Source: Patescibacteria group bacterium (GTDB lineage: Bacteria; Patescibacteriota; Patescibacteriia; UBA10025; JBIOWE01). From it: a stretch of DNA of 64,000 nucleotides. Below the pieces are notes generated by a model that saw only the letters and a list, made by a program, of their open reading frames with translations, did not search any database and was not told where the DNA came from. Positions 27,288-37,946 of this stretch are shown piece by piece (within the stretch, counting starts at the first letter, position 1; the number at the start of each line of letters is the position of its first letter). The stretch spans positions 9,395 to 73,394 of the forward strand of contig JBIOWE010000004.1 in NCBI GenBank assembly GCA_044868145.1, in the 5' to 3' direction. The position numbers and the translations under genes were made by a program.

Positions 27288-28400
27288 ATGATAGCAAACC
27301 AACGACAAATTGTCAAGGGTGATGCTCCCTACTGGGTGGCCATTTCTTTCGTTGAGAATTTTGGTCCGCAAAAATTTAAGAGACTCGCAATGTTCTTTCC
27401 AGATATGAAAACCGCTTGGGAAGCGTCCGAGAAAGAATTACTCTGGGCGGGTCTTGCGGAAAAAGACGTTGACGCAATAAAGCAGCAGCGCGCGACGCTC
27501 GACCCCCATGCAACATGGGCGCACCTGGGCACTCTCGGCATTCGCGCAATCACCTTGCAAGACCCTGAGTATCCGGATCTGCTCAAGCAAATTTACGGGC
27601 CACCTCCGGTTCTTTATGCAAAGGGGCGCTCGCTCAAGCGAATTCAGCCAATTATTGCCGTGGTGGGAACGCGCAACATGACATCGTATGGAAGAATGGC
27701 TACCGAATCAATTGTCCATGACCTCGCTCGAGCAGGTGTTGTTATTGTATCCGGACTCGCGCTCGGGATTGATGCGGAAGCGCACGCTGCATGCCTGCAA
27801 GCGAAAGGGGTGACTATAGCGGTGCTCGGCAGCGGATTAGCGCAGATTTATCCGCGCGAAAACGAGCGCCTTGCTAAACGCATTGAACAACAAGGCACGC
27901 TCGTCAGCGAATACCCGCCGCACGTGCGCCCACAAAAATACCATTTCCCAGTGCGCAATAGGATCATAGCCGGACTCGCGCTCGGCACGATCGTGATTGA
28001 GGGCGACGAAGATTCAGGATCTCTGATCACGGCGAGGAGAGCGCTTGATGAAAATCGCGACGTGTTTGCGGTACCAGGCAACATTTTTCACGCCTCTTCA
28101 CGCGGCCCCAACGCGCTTATTCAAATGGGGGCAAAACCGGTCGTGTCGGCTCGAGACGTGCTCGAGGCGCTCGACATCAAGCAAGTCGAACAAATGGTCG
28201 CAGTCCAGGAGTCTTTTGGGGATACGACGGAGGAAAAAATCGTACTCGAACTACTCACGGGTGAACCCCTGCACATTGACGAATTAATTAAGAGGAGTAA
28301 ACTGGAAACCAGCGTTGTACATTCAACGCTCACCCTTCTCGAAATGAAGGGATTAGCGAAAAATACCGGCGCTATGCAATACGTGCGAGCCCGTAAATAA
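27288..28400 (+). CDS. dprA: DNA processing protein DprA
   Basis: IAVVGTR..T.YG, VSGLALGID..AH, FPVRNRIIAGL, SGSLITA, VFAVPG. Confidence 0.97.
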   Translation: MIANQRQIVKGDAPYWVAISFVENFGPQKFKRLAMFFPDMKTAWEASEKELLWAGLAEKDVDAIKQQRATLDPHATWAHLGTLGIRAITLQDPEYPDLLKQIYGPPPVLYAKGRSLKRIQPIIAVVGTRNMTSYGRMATESIVHDLARAGVVIVSGLALGIDAEAHAACLQAKGVTIAVLGSGLAQIYPRENERLAKRIEQQGTLVSEYPPHVRPQKYHFPVRNRIIAGLALGTIVIEGDEDSGSLITARRALDENRDVFAVPGNIFHASSRGPNALIQMGAKPVVSARDVLEALDIKQVEQMVAVQESFGDTTEEKIVLELLTGEPLHIDELIKRSKLETSVVHSTLTLLEMKGLAKNTGAMQYVRARK

Positions 28401-28407
28401 CCGCTCC

Positions 28408-30666
28408 ATGGCAAAAAACCTCGTTATTGTCGAAAGCCCGACAAAGGCAAAAACAATTTCCCGCTTCCTCGATTCCTCGTACCACGTGGAGTCGTCTTTT
28501 GGGCATGTGCGCGATCTCCCAAAAAAGGAGATGGGGGTTGACGTCAAAAGCGACTTTCAGCCAACGTACATTGTGCCGCGCGATAATCAAAAAACCGTGA
28601 CTAAACTGAAGAAACTCGCCGCAAGTGCGCCTACGATTTTCTTTGCAACAGATGAGGACCGCGAGGGAGAAGCAATCGCCTGGCACCTATTGGAACTCAT
28701 GAAACAACCAGACAAAAAAGGCGAAAAAAAGGCGAATGGGATGGAAGAGAAGTCCAAACGCATCGTTTTCCATGAAATTACCGAGAGCGCCATTAAGGAA
28801 GCGCTCAAAAATCCGCGCAGTATCTATTTGAATCTTGTGAACGCCCAGCAAGCGCGCCGTATTCTTGACCGGCTCGTGGGATATGAGCTCTCGCCGTTCC
28901 TGTGGAAAAAGGTAGCGCGAGGTCTTTCCGCGGGGCGCGTGCAATCAGTTGCCGTCCGGCTCATTGTGGAGCGTGAACGGGAAATTCAGGCGTTTAAGGC
29001 CCAGGAATACTGGACCATTGACGCAATGTTCGACAAAGGCGGACAATTCCCGGCCAAACTCGCGAAGCGCGGCGAAAAGGCCATCGATAAGTTTGGCATT
29101 GGTTCGGAAAAAGAAGCGAAAGAGATTCTCACAGATCTTGAAGGCGCCAGCTACACGGTGAGCGGCGTGCAACGCAAGGAAGTGAAGCGCTCCCCTCTTC
29201 CGCCGTTTACAACTTCCACGCTTCAGCAGGATGCGAACCGGAAATTCGGCTTTTCCGCCCGCCGAACAATGATCGTTGCACAACAACTTTATGAAGGTGT
29301 TGAGCTTGGCGGAAAAGGACGCGAAGGATTAATTACCTACATGCGAACCGACTCCGTGAACCTGGCCGAGAAATTTTTGAACGAAGCAAAAGTGTTCATT
29401 GAGCAATCGTTCGGCAAACAGTACACCATCCCGGCGCCCAGACGATTCAAAGCGAAATCAAAGCTTGTCCAGGAAGCGCATGAAGCGATCCGGCCAACCG
29501 AGGTAAGTCACGCGCCGGACAACATACGACAATACCTTTCGGATGAACAATACAAACTCTATTCGCTCATTTGGAACCGCAGCGTTGCAACGCAAATGCC
29601 GGAAGCGATTATGGATACCACGCAAGTGGATATTCAGGCAAGCAAACCGTATACATTCCGCGCGAACGGGAACATGATCAAATTCGACGGGTATTTGAAA
29701 GTGTATCCTGATTCCGTCAAAGAAACCGAGCTGCCGCAACTGAAAGATGGGGACGCGGTAAAACTCGTTGAAATGAAACCGAACCAGCATTTCACCCAGC
29801 CGCCAGCCCGCTATTCAGAAGCTGGACTCGTCAAAGCGCTTGAAGAGCGCGACATTGGCCGACCATCTACCTATGCTTCGATCATCAGCACGATTATTGA
29901 CCGGCGCTACGTGGAGCGAGACCTGCGGCGCTTGAAGCCGACGGATATTGGGCTGTTGGTCAATGACCTGCTCGTTGAGCACTTCCCCCAGGTGATGGAC
30001 TACAAGTTTACAGCGCACATGGAAGGCGACCTCGACGAAATCGCCGAAGGGAGAAAGGAATGGGCGCCGGTGATTCGCGCATTTTACGAACCCTTCAAAA
30101 AAAATCTGGCCAAAAAAGAAAAGGAGCTTAAAAAAGACGATATCGTGAACCAGGCTTCGGACGTTATTTGCGATAGATGCGGCAGGCCCATGGTAATTAA
30201 AACAAGTCGGTTCGGCCGCTTCCTTGCATGCACAGGGTATCCGGAATGCAGAAACACAAAACCGCTCAAGGCCGACGGCCAAATTGAAGAAACTCCGAAA
30301 ACGGACGAGAAGTGCGACATTTGCGGTTCGCCGATGATCGTGAAGCGCGGTCGTTTTGGCGCTTTCCTTTCTTGCTCACGATACCCGGACTGCAAAGGCA
30401 TCAAGCGAATTGAAAAAACAACAGGCGTAACCTGTCCGCAATGCGGCAAAGGCCAGATAATCGAAAAACGCTCACGCAAAGGCAGAACGTTTTATTCGTG
30501 CAATCGCTACCCGGACTGCAAATTCGCGCTTTGGAGTAAACCGACCGGCGAGAAGTGTCCGGAAACCGGCGACTTATTAGTGTACGCCGCTGGCGGAAAA
30601 ATCAAATGCTCGAATAAGGAATGCAAATATACGAAAGAAACGGAAGCAAAGGTAGCGGAACCCTGA
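28408..30666 (+). CDS. topA: DNA topoisomerase I with C-terminal zinc ribbons
   Basis: LVIVESPTKAKTI, ATDEDREGEAI, SAGRVQS, LITYMRTDS, IGRPSTYA. Confidence 0.99.
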   Translation: MAKNLVIVESPTKAKTISRFLDSSYHVESSFGHVRDLPKKEMGVDVKSDFQPTYIVPRDNQKTVTKLKKLAASAPTIFFATDEDREGEAIAWHLLELMKQPDKKGEKKANGMEEKSKRIVFHEITESAIKEALKNPRSIYLNLVNAQQARRILDRLVGYELSPFLWKKVARGLSAGRVQSVAVRLIVEREREIQAFKAQEYWTIDAMFDKGGQFPAKLAKRGEKAIDKFGIGSEKEAKEILTDLEGASYTVSGVQRKEVKRSPLPPFTTSTLQQDANRKFGFSARRTMIVAQQLYEGVELGGKGREGLITYMRTDSVNLAEKFLNEAKVFIEQSFGKQYTIPAPRRFKAKSKLVQEAHEAIRPTEVSHAPDNIRQYLSDEQYKLYSLIWNRSVATQMPEAIMDTTQVDIQASKPYTFRANGNMIKFDGYLKVYPDSVKETELPQLKDGDAVKLVEMKPNQHFTQPPARYSEAGLVKALEERDIGRPSTYASIISTIIDRRYVERDLRRLKPTDIGLLVNDLLVEHFPQVMDYKFTAHMEGDLDEIAEGRKEWAPVIRAFYEPFKKNLAKKEKELKKDDIVNQASDVICDRCGRPMVIKTSRFGRFLACTGYPECRNTKPLKADGQIEETPKTDEKCDICGSPMIVKRGRFGAFLSCSRYPDCKGIKRIEKTTGVTCPQCGKGQIIEKRSRKGRTFYSCNRYPDCKFALWSKPTGEKCPETGDLLVYAAGGKIKCSNKECKYTKETEAKVAEP

Positions 30667-30693
30667 GAAAGGTATTTTCTTTGGCGATGAAAT

Positions 30694-31185
30694 ATGAATG
30701 AACAAAAGGTCCTTGATACGATCCAATGGTTTGCGGATCGTTTGCCGAAATTCAACGACGGGAGAATTAATTATGCAAACGCAGGCAAAGCGCCGGTCAT
30801 CAATGTCTTCATCGAATGCGGCGGTGAAATATTGCTGCTCAAAAGAAGCGATAAAGTGCGGGCGTACCAGGGCAAATGGAATTCGCTAGGCGGATATCTG
30901 GACGAGGTAAAACCACTTCGGCAAAAAGTGCTCGAGGAACTTCAAGAAGAACTGGGCATCACCGAGTCCATGATTCAATCAATTGACTTTGGCGAACCAT
31001 TCGAATTTATTGATTCGGACATCAAAAAAACATGGATTATCCATCCTGCACTTGCTCACTTGAAAGAAAAACCCCATATTAAACTGGATTGGGAGCATAC
31101 GGAATATCGCTGGATAAAACCCGAGGAACTAATAAATTTTGAAACGGTATCTAAACTTGATCAAACATTAAAAAAAGTTTTATGA
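30694..31185 (+). CDS. NUDIX hydrolase
   Basis: ILLLKRS..GKW...GG and ELQEELGI Nudix box; LDWEHTEYRW. Confidence 0.9.
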   Translation: MNEQKVLDTIQWFADRLPKFNDGRINYANAGKAPVINVFIECGGEILLLKRSDKVRAYQGKWNSLGGYLDEVKPLRQKVLEELQEELGITESMIQSIDFGEPFEFIDSDIKKTWIIHPALAHLKEKPHIKLDWEHTEYRWIKPEELINFETVSKLDQTLKKVL

Positions 31186-31580
31186 AGGTAAAAGATATTA
31201 AGCAATCCGTTACATTCAAAACAACACCGCACGCAATCTACAATGCGCTCATGGATTCGAAACAACATGCCGAGTTCAGCGGTAGCGGCGCAGACATCAG
31301 TCCCAAGATTCGCGGAAAGTTTACGGCATACGACGGCTATATCCAAGGAAAAAATATCGAGCTGGTAAAGGACAAAAAGATTGTGCAAGACTGGCGCGCC
31401 GAGGAAGAATATTGGCCAGAAAATCATTATTCAAAGGTTACGTTTGAACTCAAGCCTATCAAAGGTGGCACGCGGCTTGAATTTACTCAAACAGGCGTAC
31501 CAACAGAACATTATGCAGAAATCAACAATGGCTGGCACGAATTTTACTGGAAACCAATAAAGGATTTTCTTGAAAAATAA
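31182..31580 (+). CDS. SRPBCC/AHSA1-like protein
   Basis: IYNALMD..GKF..YDG.I.G..ELV..KKIVQ.WR..GT.L...Q.GVP..GW...YW. Confidence 0.9.
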   Translation: MKVKDIKQSVTFKTTPHAIYNALMDSKQHAEFSGSGADISPKIRGKFTAYDGYIQGKNIELVKDKKIVQDWRAEEEYWPENHYSKVTFELKPIKGGTRLEFTQTGVPTEHYAEINNGWHEFYWKPIKDFLEK

Positions 31581-31581
31581 T

Positions 31582-33057
31582 ATGACATCCCGTGCTTCCG
31601 GTATCCTCCTCCCTGTCAGCAGTTTGCCGAGTCCATATGGCATTGGCGACTTTGGACCCGAAGCGTATCGCTTCGTGGACTTTTTACATAGCGCCGGACA
31701 AAAGCGGTGGCAGATTTTGCCGTTGACGATTCCCGACAATACCGGCTCGCCCTACGCGTCGCCGTCGGCTTTCGCGGGTAACTGGATGCTCATTAGCCCG
31801 GAATTTTTGTTGCAAGCGAAACTCATTGAACGTTTGCCGGCAAGGCAGAAAGTAGGGCCGATTCAACACTCGCGCGCGTGGGTACAAAAAACAAAAATGC
31901 TCCATGAGTCCTTCGCCTTTTTTCATCGTCACTCGTTGACAGAGCAACGAAAACGATTTGCAATATTCAAACAACGCGAGCGCTCGTGGCTCAATGATTA
32001 TGCATTGTTCATGGCGCTTAAGGATTGGTTCTTCGGCAAGCAATGGTACAAATGGCCAACCCCGCTGGCAAAGCGCCAACCAGCGGCACTCAAAAGGTGG
32101 ACGCGAAAACTGAAAAACCAAATTCACTACTCCATGTATTGCCAATGGATTTTCTTCGAGCAATGGCAAAATCTCAAACGGTACGCGAATAAACGTGACA
32201 TTCAAATCATCGGCGATCTTCCGTTTTTCTTGACGAATGACAGCGTGGATGTATGGAAAAACCAACAGCTCTTTCTGTTAATGAGCGAGGGGAAGCCCAG
32301 GTATATTTCCGGCGTACCGCCGGACTATTTCAGCAAGCAGGGCCAGCTCTGGAACGACCCGCAATACAATTGGCGTTCTTTGCAAACCTCGAGCTTTCGC
32401 TGGTGGGTTGGGCGCATTCGCAAGGCAATGGAACTTTACGATTTTATACGCCTCGATCACTTCCGCGGGTTTCGGGCGGTATGGTTTATCAAGCGCGGAA
32501 GCAAAACGGCAAAAAAAGGACAGTGGGTTTCGGTACCGAGCCAAGCCCTCTTCAAAACACTACGGAGAAAACTTGGCAATCTTCCGTTCATTGCCGAAGA
32601 CCTGGGCGTAATCACGAACGACGTGAATATCCTGCGCAAACAATTGGGCTTTCCCGGCATGCGCGTGCTGCAATTCGCCTTCAGCGGCGATCCGAATAAC
32701 TACCACCTACCCGAAAAAATGAGTTTGAATAGCATTGCCTACACCGGCACGCATGACAACGATACGGCGAGAGGGTGGATTGAAGGGTCAGGAAAACCGC
32801 ATCAACGCAGGAACGCGCTGGCGTATGCAAAAGCGACGAAGAAAAATTTCGCATGGAAACTCATTGAAATTGGAATGCGCTCTCGGCCCCACACCTTCAT
32901 TGCACCGATGCAGGACGTTCTCAATCTCGGCAGCGAGGCGCGTATCAATAAGCCATCAACGACACGCGGTAACTGGAGCTGGCGACTGCAACCAAACGTA
33001 TTAAAATCCAATCTTGCAAAACGCCTTAAAAGATTAACCCGAGAAGCAAAACGATAA
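31582..33057 (+). CDS. malQ: 4-alpha-glucanotransferase (amylomaltase, GH77)
   Basis: GILLP.SSLP..GIGDFG, WQILPL, GVPPDYFS..GQLW, RLDHFRG, IAEDLG, YTGTHDNDT. Confidence 0.97.
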   Translation: MTSRASGILLPVSSLPSPYGIGDFGPEAYRFVDFLHSAGQKRWQILPLTIPDNTGSPYASPSAFAGNWMLISPEFLLQAKLIERLPARQKVGPIQHSRAWVQKTKMLHESFAFFHRHSLTEQRKRFAIFKQRERSWLNDYALFMALKDWFFGKQWYKWPTPLAKRQPAALKRWTRKLKNQIHYSMYCQWIFFEQWQNLKRYANKRDIQIIGDLPFFLTNDSVDVWKNQQLFLLMSEGKPRYISGVPPDYFSKQGQLWNDPQYNWRSLQTSSFRWWVGRIRKAMELYDFIRLDHFRGFRAVWFIKRGSKTAKKGQWVSVPSQALFKTLRRKLGNLPFIAEDLGVITNDVNILRKQLGFPGMRVLQFAFSGDPNNYHLPEKMSLNSIAYTGTHDNDTARGWIEGSGKPHQRRNALAYAKATKKNFAWKLIEIGMRSRPHTFIAPMQDVLNLGSEARINKPSTTRGNWSWRLQPNVLKSNLAKRLKRLTREAKR

Positions 33058-33072
33058 AATATTCTCCCATAT

Positions 33073-33106
33073 AAAAAAGGCAAGCCCAGTGGCTATGCCT
33101 TTTTTT
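33073..33106. terminator. Bidirectional terminator
   Basis: AAAAAAGGCA..TGCCTTTTTTT between convergent genes. Confidence 0.75.
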
Positions 33107-33134
33107 GCATTTTGAGTAATGGATTGCTCTGCTC

Positions 33135-35438
33135 CTATTGTTTTTGTAATGCATCCACTTTCGCCTTCACGTCTTTATTGTCAGGATTCAGCTCAAGTAC
33201 TTTCTTGAATTCCACAAGCGCCTTGTCTTTTTCGCCGGCTTGTTCATACAGAAGTCCAAGTTGCCAGTGAGCGTTCGAGTGGTTCGGCTGCAGTGCAATG
33301 ATTTGCAGATAGACCTCCGTTGCTTCTGCCGTTTTATTATTGCGTTCGTACAGCTGACCGAACGCGTAGAGAATGTCGGTGTTATTGGGATATCCCCGGG
33401 CCAGTGCTTGCATCGTCTCAATCGCTTTGTTGAGCTCACCTTGCGTCTCATACACCAGCGCTTTCTGCAACTGCGCATCAGGAAAGTCACGCTTGAGCGT
33501 TGCGGCTTTTTCAAAGTCCGCCAGCGCTTGCGTCAGAAGATCTTGTGCGAGCTTCTTCTGGTCATCCGTCAAAGTTGCCTGACTGAGAATCTCTTGTGCG
33601 TTGCGGTGGCGAGCCCTGCCGATATTCAATTGGACAACCGGATTATTCGGTTCACGTTCCAATGCCTTCGCCAAGGCAAGAACCACCTGGTCGCCCGCGT
33701 TACTCACAAGCCCGCGCAAACTATCGTACAAGCTCGCCGTATTCTCAAAGACAAGCGGGCTACGCGGATCAACGGCTACGCCCTGGTTTATCTCACTTAA
33801 TGCATTTTGGGTCAGTGATTGTACGGTTGTAACGTCCGGTTTTTCCTTAAGAGCCTGCAACCGAGCGTCGGTCGCGTACGCTTGCGCCAAGAGAAAATGA
33901 TAATCTGACTGGCGCGGATTCAATTGCACAGCGCGGAGCGCATAACGTTGCACAATGGACAAATCGCTGGTCGCGTCTCGCGCTTGCACCGCTTTCACAA
34001 ACGACATGCTCGCGAGCCAAATGCGCGTTCCGAAATAACCAAATACAGCGGTTACGAGGAGAATAATCAGAAAGAGGAACGATAGAATAAGCGGGGTAAC
34101 AGGATACTGAACGAACGGATAGGTCGTTTCCTTTGTTGCCTCCCGATTCATTGCAACAAGGCTCAAGGATAAGAACATCCAAAAGAGAAACTGCAATACA
34201 AATGAAAAAGGATACAAAAAACTAAGAACAAACAACGTTGCCCAGCAACTGAACAACAGGAAGGCGAGGGCCCATTGCTGATCCGGAACTTTTTGCTGAA
34301 GGAGAAGGCGAATAGTTCGGACGAGATACCAAAAACACAGCACGAGTAAAGCGAGCGTGGGAACTATGCCGATTGTCCCGAGATATTGCATCCACTGATT
34401 CGACGCTTTCATGAAACGCAAGCTCCAGACCGGCGAGTTATTAAAGTCAACGGATCGGTAATGCTCAAAATTATAATTAAACGTTTCCGGCCCGGTGCCG
34501 AGAATCGGTCGATTCCGGACCACTTGGCGCACGATGGAGAAACTGGAGCTTTGACTCATCAAAATGTCGTCCGGATAGTTGGTTTTGAGTAGGGCGGATG
34601 TGTCCAGAAAGACGAACACAATGCCAAGCGCAATAAACAGTGTTGGTAGAATTACTAGGTAGCTTTTTGTTTTGTCCGAACGAAACGCCAAAAACGCCAG
34701 GAACGTAAAGCTCAAAATAATAAAACCATACCAACCAAGGGTTTTATCAAGAAGCAACGAAAAAAGGACAACCAGAGCGAATCCTGCTTGCATAGCAACA
34801 CGCATCCACCCGCGACGGACAAAAAAGGACAATCCAAACGCCAGGAAAGCGATGATAATAAGGTAAACCGAGAGCGTCGCCGTCGAATTTGCCAGAAGGT
34901 TAAATGTCGGCGCGTGGGTTAAACTCCACGGGAGGACGTAGATTTTGAACGCTTGCAAAACATTAAAGATGAAAAGGAGGGAGGTGGAGATGAATAAGGC
35001 GGCCAACGCGCGAAAAATATTCTTAGATGACCGGAAGGTTTGCAAACAAAGGAAAAAGAACAAAACAAAAAGAAGCACAGCTGTCAGACTGTCGCTGTAA
35101 TACCCGTTCAATCCGACAATACTTTGAAATTGATTGAAGGAAACAATGGTGGAGAGAACGTACAGTCCAAGAAAAACGACAACAAGATAATCCACAAACG
35201 AGTGAACAAGCATCACCTCACGGCGAAGCAGGGAATTCAAAAGAAATGTAAGCGATGCCAAGAGTATCAAAACTCCGAAGAGCAGCGCCTTGTTCATTTC
35301 GAACGGATCGGAGGTTGTCGGAAGAAAAAATATCGGAACGAGCAATATGGCGATAAGCAAAAAAGCGCGGGTTGCTTTTTCAAGAAAACTTGTACGGATT
35401 GGCTTTTGTTGTGGTCTTGACGTCGTACCGAGAGCCAT
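33135..35438 (-). CDS. O-antigen-ligase/O-OTase-like polytopic membrane protein with C-terminal TPR repeats
   Basis: About 12 TM helices, RPILGTGPETF..ASNQW motif, TPR repeats (ALQPNHSNAHWQLGLLY..LELNPDN); start moved to MALGTT. Confidence 0.8.
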   Translation of the reverse strand: MALGTTSRPQQKPIRTSFLEKATRAFLLIAILLVPIFFLPTTSDPFEMNKALLFGVLILLASLTFLLNSLLRREVMLVHSFVDYLVVVFLGLYVLSTIVSFNQFQSIVGLNGYYSDSLTAVLLFVLFFFLCLQTFRSSKNIFRALAALFISTSLLFIFNVLQAFKIYVLPWSLTHAPTFNLLANSTATLSVYLIIIAFLAFGLSFFVRRGWMRVAMQAGFALVVLFSLLLDKTLGWYGFIILSFTFLAFLAFRSDKTKSYLVILPTLFIALGIVFVFLDTSALLKTNYPDDILMSQSSSFSIVRQVVRNRPILGTGPETFNYNFEHYRSVDFNNSPVWSLRFMKASNQWMQYLGTIGIVPTLALLVLCFWYLVRTIRLLLQQKVPDQQWALAFLLFSCWATLFVLSFLYPFSFVLQFLFWMFLSLSLVAMNREATKETTYPFVQYPVTPLILSFLFLIILLVTAVFGYFGTRIWLASMSFVKAVQARDATSDLSIVQRYALRAVQLNPRQSDYHFLLAQAYATDARLQALKEKPDVTTVQSLTQNALSEINQGVAVDPRSPLVFENTASLYDSLRGLVSNAGDQVVLALAKALEREPNNPVVQLNIGRARHRNAQEILSQATLTDDQKKLAQDLLTQALADFEKAATLKRDFPDAQLQKALVYETQGELNKAIETMQALARGYPNNTDILYAFGQLYERNNKTAEATEVYLQIIALQPNHSNAHWQLGLLYEQAGEKDKALVEFKKVLELNPDNKDVKAKVDALQKQ

Positions 35439-35439
35439 A

Positions 35440-36303
35440 CTATTTCGTAAGTTTGCCGATAAGGTCATTCAGTTCCTCTTCAGTATAGTATTCTACCACA
35501 ATCTCCCCTTTTTGTCCTTTTTTGCGGATATAGACTTTTGTCCCCAACGCTTCGCGCAGGCGTTCTTCACGAGCTTGCGTCGGCGCATCAGTCGGCTGCG
35601 GCGCTGCTCCTTGCTTTCGCCGATGGATTCTCGCGCGTTCTTCCAAAACGCGCACGCTCAAGTTGCCGCGCAACACGTCGTTGAAATGCCGCGCCATCGT
35701 TTGTCGGTCCTGGAATCCCAAAAGCACCTTCGCGTGTCCCTCGGTAATCCGGCCCTCCACAAGGGCTTTCTGAATTTCCTCGGGAAGCGTCAGCAACCGC
35801 AAACTGTTTGTCACCGCTGCCCTGCTTTGGCCGACCTTCTTGCCCACTTCTTCCTGGGTCAAATTAAACTCCTCGTGCAAGCGCTTGTAACCCCACGCAC
35901 GCTCAAGCGGGTTCAGGTCTCGCCGTTGAACATTCTCCACAAGCGCAAGCTCAAGTTTCTCCTGCTCAGATGCGCTTCGAATCACCACGGGCACTTTCGC
36001 CAGTCCGAGCTTACGGCTGGCGCGCAAACGGCGTTCACCCGAAATGAGCTGATATCCCATTGGAGTCTGCGTCACAATGAGCGGCTGGAGAATGCCGTGC
36101 TGTTTGATGGACTGGGTAAGATCCTCGAGACTAAAATCGTCAAACTCCTTCCGGGGCTGATGCGGGTTCGTCTGAATCTTATTGACTTCTACTTCAAGAA
36201 TTCGATCAGACGGTCCAAGAATTTCTTCTTTACCTACAATGGTTTTATCGATTTTTGTCGGAATCAAAGCCGCAAGGCCACGGCCAAGAGTTGTCTTCGT
36301 CAT
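35440..36303 (-). CDS. parB: Chromosome partitioning protein ParB/Spo0J
   Basis: LGRGLAAL, NPHQPRKEF, GILQPL, GERRLRA, ENVQRRDLNPLE, HTH. Confidence 0.98.
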   Translation of the reverse strand: MTKTTLGRGLAALIPTKIDKTIVGKEEILGPSDRILEVEVNKIQTNPHQPRKEFDDFSLEDLTQSIKQHGILQPLIVTQTPMGYQLISGERRLRASRKLGLAKVPVVIRSASEQEKLELALVENVQRRDLNPLERAWGYKRLHEEFNLTQEEVGKKVGQSRAAVTNSLRLLTLPEEIQKALVEGRITEGHAKVLLGFQDRQTMARHFNDVLRGNLSVRVLEERARIHRRKQGAAPQPTDAPTQAREERLREALGTKVYIRKKGQKGEIVVEYYTEEELNDLIGKLTK

Positions 36304-37073
36304 GGGGTTTTCTGATGAAAATGCAGGATTTCGTGGGCGAGCCGCTCATACGCTTTCGCGCCTGGAGAGTGCTTATCATAGTGGAGAATCGGCTTGCCGA
36401 AACTGGGCGCCTCCGCCAATTTCGTGGAACGAGGTACAACCACGCGAAAAATCTTATGCGGAAAATATTGATAGAGCTCATGAAAAACGTCCTGCGACAA
36501 TCTGACGCGCTCGTCATACATGGTCATCACCGCGCCGAGAATTGCGAGGTCTTCATGCAAGTTTTGTTTAATTAAATCAATGGTGCCTAACAGCTGGCCG
36601 AGGCCTTCAAGCGCGAGGTATTCTGTTTGAATAGGGATAAGAACTTCGTCGGACGCGACCAAACTATTGATAGTTAAAAGGCCGAGCGACGGCGGGCAAT
36701 CAATAATAACATAGTCATGTTCATCCCGCGCATTTTTCAGTGCTTCCCTGAGTCTGTACTCGCGTTTATCGAGATTCACCAGCTCCACGTTTGCTCCAGC
36801 AAGATCAACCGTGGCTGGCGCAAGTTTCAAACGATCTACTCCCGTGGACTGAACAATGTCGCTTATCGGTACGCCGAGCACAAGTGGATGATAAATGCCC
36901 TGCGCAATTTTTCGATATTCAACACCCAGGCTCGATGAGGCGTTTGCCTGCGGATCCATATCAACAAGCAACACCTGTTTGCCGTGGTGAGCAAGGTATG
37001 CGGAAAGATTAATTGCCGTCGTCGTCTTTCCCACGCCGCCCTTCTGGTTCACGATTGCGATGACACGCCCCAT
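36300..37073 (-). CDS. parA: Chromosome partitioning ATPase ParA/Soj
   Basis: NQKGGVGKTTT, DMDPQAN, IDCPPSLGLLT, LAEAPSFG. Confidence 0.98.
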   Translation of the reverse strand: MGRVIAIVNQKGGVGKTTTAINLSAYLAHHGKQVLLVDMDPQANASSSLGVEYRKIAQGIYHPLVLGVPISDIVQSTGVDRLKLAPATVDLAGANVELVNLDKREYRLREALKNARDEHDYVIIDCPPSLGLLTINSLVASDEVLIPIQTEYLALEGLGQLLGTIDLIKQNLHEDLAILGAVMTMYDERVRLSQDVFHELYQYFPHKIFRVVVPRSTKLAEAPSFGKPILHYDKHSPGAKAYERLAHEILHFHQKTP

Positions 37074-37167
37074 AATGCATCGTATAGTATAGCGAAAACG
37101 ATTGTCTTAAACAATCGCTGCGCCAAACACAAAAAGCCGCCCAACCTAACGGCGACTGCGTGCGCTG

Positions 37168-37680
37168 TTACGTTATCAATATAATGCAACCGATGATAAG
37201 CAGCGCTTGTACAAACAAACCTTTTGCCATTGAGATGCGGAATGGCAGAACCCGGTGCATCACATAATGCACTTTTTTCTGGTAGTGTAAAAGGATGGAT
37301 GGTGGGAAGAATCGCGTATATCGCTTCACATGAGAGAAAACCTTTTTGGTATATTTGCTGAAAAATTCATCAAGAAGATACACGGCGTCCGGGAGTACCC
37401 CGCCAATCACACTTGCGAAAAAAACTGGTGGCGTGGGCAGCTTCGTTTTGAGAAAAAACGTCACGAGGATAATGCAAAGAATCGCTAGATCAATGGAAAC
37501 GGTAAAGAATAACCTACTGATTGGGCTCTCCTTCTTCGTCCAGTGCGAGAGGTTGTCGTCTCCGTGAGGAATCATATCGAGTAAGTAGTGGCTGGCAAGC
37601 GACAACAAAAAGGCGGTCGCGGGGTTCTCTGCGTGCTGGCTAATGACGACACCTGCAAGTACATGGGATGTAATAAACAT
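37168..37680 (-). CDS. Membrane protein with His motifs (putative membrane-bound metal-dependent hydrolase)
   Basis: TSHVLAG, SHYLLDMIPH, GGVLPD; TM helices. Confidence 0.7.
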   Translation of the reverse strand: MFITSHVLAGVVISQHAENPATAFLLSLASHYLLDMIPHGDDNLSHWTKKESPISRLFFTVSIDLAILCIILVTFFLKTKLPTPPVFFASVIGGVLPDAVYLLDEFFSKYTKKVFSHVKRYTRFFPPSILLHYQKKVHYVMHRVLPFRISMAKGLFVQALLIIGCIILIT

Positions 37681-37766
37681 TTTTTTTTATTTTTATTGGT
37701 CGATAGGGGTCTGGTGCTCCCGCCTTTGGGGGATCCCGCAAAGCCATCGGAACCAGTGATCTCTCT

Positions 37767-37841
37767 TGGTACCAGGGGTGGGGATTGAACCCACGACCTC
37801 GGGCTTATGAGTCCCACGCTCTACCACTGAGCTACCCTGGC
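37767..37841 (-). tRNA. tRNA with CAT anticodon (elongator Met or Ile2)
   Basis: GCCAGGG..TGGGA-CTCATAA-GCCCG..GTGGG-TTCAATC-CCCAC-CCCTGGT-A-CCA. Confidence 0.9.
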
Positions 37842-37946
37842 TCCTTGGTTGCCCTTCGGATTGGCTCAGGGCAATTTTTTTAAATAGAGAAAAAGCTTTG
37901 GAGGTTTTGTTTGTGGATTGGAGAAATACTGAGCTTGTCGAAGTAT

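Noticed and set aside
35290-36315. 341-aa plus-strand ORF, and other long antisense ORFs over the giant gene, mfd, topA, sufS and copA
   Set aside because: They lie antisense to well-supported genes and show no independent motifs.
35440-37200. parS site near parAB
   Set aside because: No TGTTTCACGTGAAACA-like palindrome was spotted by eye; a scan is needed to be sure.
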